Assembly (NCBI GenBank): GCA_046726415.1
Contig: JBKPAK010000060.1
Coordinates: forward strand, 1 to 19,373
Origin: Candidatus Methylomirabilota bacterium
GTDB taxonomy: Bacteria > Methylomirabilota > Methylomirabilia > Rokubacteriales > CSP1-6
Length of the DNA stretch: 19,373 nt
Direction: 5' to 3'
The notes beneath the pieces were generated by a model. It saw only the letters and a list, made by a program, of their open reading frames with translations, was not told the DNA's origin and searched no databases. Positions 15,150 through 19,373 of the stretch are shown one piece after another (position 1 is the first letter of the stretch; every line of letters starts with the position of its first letter). The position numbers and the translations under genes are program-made.

Positions 15150-18100
15150 ACATCTCCGCGCCCTTCATCAGGCGGCCGGTGGCCACCTCGCTGCTGACGA
15201 TCGGTCTCGCCCTGAGCGGGATCCTCGCCTGGGGCCTGCTCCCGGTCTCTCCGCTCCCCCAGGTCGACTTCCCGACGATCCAGGTCACGGCGACCTTGCC
15301 AGGCGCGGAGCCGGAGACGATGGCGACGTCGGTGGCGGCGCCGCTCGAGCGGCAGTTCGGTCGCATCGCGGGCCTCACCGAGATGACGTCGACCAACTAT
15401 CTCGGCTCGACGAGCATTGCGCTCCAGTTCGATCTGTCCCGCAACATCGACGGCGCCGCCCGCGACGTTCAGGCTGCCATCAACGCGGCCCGCGGCTACC
15501 TGCCGCCCGCCCTCCCCAACAACCCGAGCTATCGCAAGGTCAATCCGGCCGACGCGCCCATTATGATCGTGGCCCTGACCTCCGACACACTTGGCCGTGG
15601 CCAGATGTACGACGTCGCCTCCAGCATCCTGCAGCAGAAGCTGTCCGAGCTGCCCGGCGTAGGTCAGGTGATCGTGGCGGGCAGCTCTCTGCCCGGGGTT
15701 CGAGTGGAGATGAACCCCACCGCACTCAACCAGTACGGCATCGCGCTCGAGACCGTCCGGGGCGCCCTCGCCGCCACCACCCAGAACCGGCCCAAAGGCC
15801 AGCTGGCCGACGGGGCGCGGGCCTCGGAAATCGCGTCCAACGATCAGCTCCTTAAGGCTTCGGAGTACGCCCCGGTGATCGTCGCCTACCGATCGGGGCG
15901 GCCGGTGCGGCTCGGCGATGTGGCGAGGGTCGACGATTCGGTCGAGGACGTGCGCACGATCGGGCTCGCAAACGGGCAGCCCGCAGTGCTGCTGGTGATC
16001 TTCCGGCAGCCGGGGGCCAACATCATCGACACGGTAAACGGGGTGCGCGGTCTCCTCCCGGAGCTTCAAGCCGCAATCCCTCGGGCCATCACCATGTCGG
16101 TGGTCATGGACCAGACCGAGACCATCCGAGCCTCGCTGCACGACGTCGAGCTGACGCTGGTGATCTCCGTGCTCCTGGTGACGCTGGTCGTGTTCGCCTT
16201 CCTGCGCAGCGTCCGTGCCACCTTGATCCCCGCGGTGGCGGTGCCGGTCTCGCTGGTCGGCACCTTCGGTGTGATGTACGTGCTCGGCTACAGCTTGGAC
16301 AATCTGTCGCTCATGGCGCTGACCATCGCGACCGGATTCGTGGTGGACGACGCCATCGTCGTCCTGGAGAACGTGGCGCGGCATCGAGCAGCCGGTCTCC
16401 CGCCTCTCGCGGCCGCGCTCCGCGGGGCGCGGGAGATCGGCTTCACGGTGCTGGCCATCAGCCTGTCGCTGGTTGCGGTCTTCACGCCGATTCTCCTGAT
16501 GGGGGGCCTGGTGGGCCGCCTCTTCCGGGAGTTCGCGATGACGCTCTCCGCGGCGATCGCGATCTCGCTACTGGTGTCGCTGACCACCACCCCGATGATG
16601 TGCGCCACCCTCCTGGCGCGGGAGACGGACGGCGAGCACGGCCGCCTCTACAGGGCGAGCGAGCGGGCCTTCGAGTGGATGCGGCGCCGCTACGAGACGA
16701 GCCTCTCGTGGGTGCTGCGGCATCCGCGCGGCGTGCTCGCCGTGACGCTCCTGACCGTCGCCCTGAACGGTTACCTGTTCTGGGTCGTGCCCAAGGGATT
16801 CTTTCCCCAACAGGACGCCGGACGGCTGCAGGGGGCGATTCAGGCGGCGCAGGACATCTCATTCCAGGCGATGCGGGCCAAGCTGACCGAGATCGTGGAT
16901 ATCGTCGGGCACGACCCGGCGGTCGCGAACGTTGTGGGATTCACCGGTGCCCAGGGCAACGGGCCCAGCACCGCCACCAACACCGCGCGACTGTTCGTCA
17001 TGCTGAAGCCGCTCGCGGAGCGCAAGGTCAGCGCCGACCAGGTGATCACGAGACTGCGCGGGCGTGTGGCCGTGGTGCCGGGGGCTCCCACCTTCTTCCA
17101 GGCGACGCAGGACGTCCGCGCCGGCGGCCGCATGGGGAACGCGCAGTACCAGTACACGCTCCAGGGCGACGACATCCAGGAACTCGACGCGTGGGGACCG
17201 CGGGTCGCGGAACGCCTCCGCGCGCTACCGCAGCTCGTCGATCTGAGCAGCGATCAACAAGATAGGGGAAGGCAGTCGTCGCTGGTGATCGACCGGGCCA
17301 CCGCGTCGCGCCTCGGCATCACCCCGCAGCTCATCGACGACACGCTCAACGACGCTTTCGGCCAGCGCCAGGTTGCGATCATGTACAGCCCGCTCAACCA
17401 GTATCACGTGGTGATGGAGGTCGAGCCGCGCTTCTGGCAGCGCCCCGAGACCCTGCAGGACATCTATCTCCCGTCCTCCAAGGGCGGCATGGTGCCGCTC
17501 AGCGCGTTCAGCCGGTACGAGCCCACGCGGACCGCGCTCGCGGTAAACCACCAGGCGCAGTTCCCGTCGGTGACCCTGACCTTCAACCTGGCGCCGGGCG
17601 TCGCGCTGGGAGACGCCGTGGCCGCGATCGAGGCCGCGGTGCGCCCGCTCGGGCTGCCCGGCGGCATCCAGGGTAGCTTCCAGGGCACCGCGCAGATCTT
17701 CCAGGCCTCGCTGGCCAGCGAGCCCTGGCTCATCACAGCCGCGCTCCTCGCGGTGTACGTCGTCCTCGGGGTGCTCTACGAGAGCTACATCCACCCGCTC
17801 ACCATCCTGTCCACCTTGCCGTCGGCGGGGGTGGGAGCGCTGCTAGCCCTGCTGGCGTGCCGCACCGACCTGACCGTCATCGCCCTGATCGGCATCTTGC
17901 TCCTGGTCGGCATCGTGAAAAAGAACGCGATCATGATGATCGACTTCGCCCTGGAGGCGGAGCGAGGCGAGGGCAAGGGCCCGGCGGAGGCGATCCACCG
18001 GGCGTGTGTGCTGCGCTTCCGGCCGATCATGATGACGACGATGGCCGCCCTCCTGGGCGCGCTCCCGCTGGCCCTCGGGCGTGGAATCGGGTCGGAGCTG

Positions 18101-18277
18101 CGCCGGCCGCTCGGGATCGCCATCGTGGGTGGGCTCATCGTGAGCCAGGCGCTCACGCTCTACACAACGCCGGTCGTGTACCTCTACCTCGACCGCGTAC
18201 GGCTGTGGTGGGCGCGGGGGCGCGCGGGACAGCCGCGGCTCGCGCCCGCCGTAGCTCCGGAAGGGCCAGAGCTGTGA
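15146..18277 (+). CDS. mdtC: MdtC/MuxC-family RND permease
   Basis: The true start is ATG 15146 (ATGA overlap with the mdtB stop): [41 protein letters not shown] and [13 protein letters not shown]. 1043 aa. Confidence 0.93.
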   Translation: MNISAPFIRRPVATSLLTIGLALSGILAWGLLPVSPLPQVDFPTIQVTATLPGAEPETMATSVAAPLERQFGRIAGLTEMTSTNYLGSTSIALQFDLSRNIDGAARDVQAAINAARGYLPPALPNNPSYRKVNPADAPIMIVALTSDTLGRGQMYDVASSILQQKLSELPGVGQVIVAGSSLPGVRVEMNPTALNQYGIALETVRGALAATTQNRPKGQLADGARASEIASNDQLLKASEYAPVIVAYRSGRPVRLGDVARVDDSVEDVRTIGLANGQPAVLLVIFRQPGANIIDTVNGVRGLLPELQAAIPRAITMSVVMDQTETIRASLHDVELTLVISVLLVTLVVFAFLRSVRATLIPAVAVPVSLVGTFGVMYVLGYSLDNLSLMALTIATGFVVDDAIVVLENVARHRAAGLPPLAAALRGAREIGFTVLAISLSLVAVFTPILLMGGLVGRLFREFAMTLSAAIAISLLVSLTTTPMMCATLLARETDGEHGRLYRASERAFEWMRRRYETSLSWVLRHPRGVLAVTLLTVALNGYLFWVVPKGFFPQQDAGRLQGAIQAAQDISFQAMRAKLTEIVDIVGHDPAVANVVGFTGAQGNGPSTATNTARLFVMLKPLAERKVSADQVITRLRGRVAVVPGAPTFFQATQDVRAGGRMGNAQYQYTLQGDDIQELDAWGPRVAERLRALPQLVDLSSDQQDRGRQSSLVIDRATASRLGITPQLIDDTLNDAFGQRQVAIMYSPLNQYHVVMEVEPRFWQRPETLQDIYLPSSKGGMVPLSAFSRYEPTRTALAVNHQAQFPSVTLTFNLAPGVALGDAVAAIEAAVRPLGLPGGIQGSFQGTAQIFQASLASEPWLITAALLAVYVVLGVLYESYIHPLTILSTLPSAGVGALLALLACRTDLTVIALIGILLLVGIVKKNAIMMIDFALEAERGEGKGPAEAIHRACVLRFRPIMMTTMAALLGALPLALGRGIGSELRRPLGIAIVGGLIVSQALTLYTTPVVYLYLDRVRLWWARGRAGQPRLAPAVAPEGPEL

Positions 18278-19373
18278 GCTGCCGGCCCGCCCGTGGACGT
18301 CTCGGCGGCCCGCTCGTGCTCGCCACCGCGCTGCTCGTGCTCGCAACCGCCTGCACCGTGGGGCCCGACTACGTGAGGCCGTCGATGATCAGCCCCGACG
18401 CCTACAAGGAGCTCGACGGCTGGAAGATCGCCCACCCTCGGGACGGCCTGGCCCGCGGCCCCTGGTGGGAAATCTTCGCCGATCCGCAGCTGAACGACCT
18501 CGAGGCTCGCGTCAGCATCTCGAACCAGAACCTCGCGGTGGCGGAGGCCCAGTACCGGCAGGCTCGGGCGCTCGTTCGCGAGGCGCGTGCCGCCTACTTT
18601 CCCACCGTGACGCTTGGGCTCGGCTACACACGCCAGCGTCAATCGACCACGTTCGTCTTCGGGGCGACCGGGGGATCCTCCAGCGGCACGTCCGCGAGCA
18701 GCGCGTCGTCCACCGGGACGTCGAGATCGTCAGGATCCTCGGGCGGCGCCTTCTCGGACTTCCAGGTGGGCCTCGACTTCTCATGGGAGCTGGACGTCTG
18801 GGGACGGATCCGTCGCACGGTCGAGTCGAACCGGGCCGCCGCCCAGGCGAGCGCGGGAGACCTGGAGGCGGCGCGCCTGAGCTTTCAGGCGGAGCTGGCC
18901 CAGGACTACTTCCAGCTGCGCACCCTGGACGCCCAGAAGCAGCTGCTCGACGAGACGGTCTCCGCCTTCGAGAAGTTCCTCCGCCTGACACAGGATCGGT
19001 TCGCGAGCGGAGTGGCGTCCCAGGCCGACGTGGTGCAGGCGGAGACCCAGCTCAAGACCACCCAGGCCCAGGCCATTGACGTGGGCGTCCAGCGCGCGCA
19101 GCTCGAGCACGCCATCGCGATCCTCATGGGGCAGGCGCCAGCCACCTTCACGCTGCCCGCTGCGCCGCTCGCGGCCACCCCGCCTGCCATTCCGGTCGGG
19201 GTCCCGTCCGAGCTCCTCGAGCGGCGGCCGGACATCGCCGGCGCCGAGCGCCGGGTGGCGGCCGCGAACGCCCAGATCGGGGTCGCGGTGGCCGCGTTCT
19301 ATCCGACCATCACACTCAACGCCTCGAGCGGCTTCGAGAGCTCGAGCCTCGCCCAGTGGTTCACCGCCGCGAG
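18274..19373 (+). CDS. NodT/OprM-family efflux outer membrane lipoprotein (OMF), partial at window edge
   Basis: Not in the ORF track because it has no stop in the window. GTG 18274 overlaps the mdtC stop. Lipobox LATA|C (Cys 18352-18354) TVGPDY, then WWEIFADPQLN, SWELDVWGRIRR and PSELLERRPDIAGAER. Confidence 0.93.
   Translation, partial: MSCRPARGRLGGPLVLATALLVLATACTVGPDYVRPSMISPDAYKELDGWKIAHPRDGLARGPWWEIFADPQLNDLEARVSISNQNLAVAEAQYRQARALVREARAAYFPTVTLGLGYTRQRQSTTFVFGATGGSSSGTSASSASSTGTSRSSGSSGGAFSDFQVGLDFSWELDVWGRIRRTVESNRAAAQASAGDLEAARLSFQAELAQDYFQLRTLDAQKQLLDETVSAFEKFLRLTQDRFASGVASQADVVQAETQLKTTQAQAIDVGVQRAQLEHAIAILMGQAPATFTLPAAPLAATPPAIPVGVPSELLERRPDIAGAERRVAAANAQIGVAVAAFYPTITLNASSGFESSSLAQWFTAA

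Noticed and set aside
1..19373. CRISPR array, tRNA/rRNA, riboswitch, or defence/phage genes
   Set aside because: No regularly spaced repeats, cloverleaf, recognisable aptamer or such protein motifs were seen by eye.

Overview
GC-rich (~68-70%) bacterial chromosomal window. The gene styles (orphan family-5 ABC and TRAP solute-binding proteins, poly-G twin-hairpin intergenic element) resemble Candidatus Rokubacteria/Methylomirabilota, which is an inference from recall only. The left 10.5 kb is a patchwork of intact accessory genes: an MFS transporter, a Tat-signal dienelactone hydrolase, a single-barrel MetE-like Zn enzyme, a haloacetate-dehalogenase-like hydrolase, DctP, an ABC SBP and a PPOX/F420-type oxidoreductase. 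These are interleaved with many gene remnants that the ORF track misses: an IS right end cutting an amidohydrolase, an NmrA/SDR fragment, a MATE N-terminus, an IS91-type transposase fragment, an internally deleted glycine-zipper gene, and possible MprF and EmrB tails. The right 9 kb is a translationally coupled mdtA-mdtB-mdtC-OMF heteromeric RND efflux operon, led by a small secreted protein of unknown function. No CRISPR, rRNA or tRNA was seen. I cannot demonstrate a new system. The best leads are the secreted protein heading the RND operon, the His->Pro dehalogenase variant, the codon-atypical PPOX gene next to an IS91 remnant, and the twin-hairpin element.
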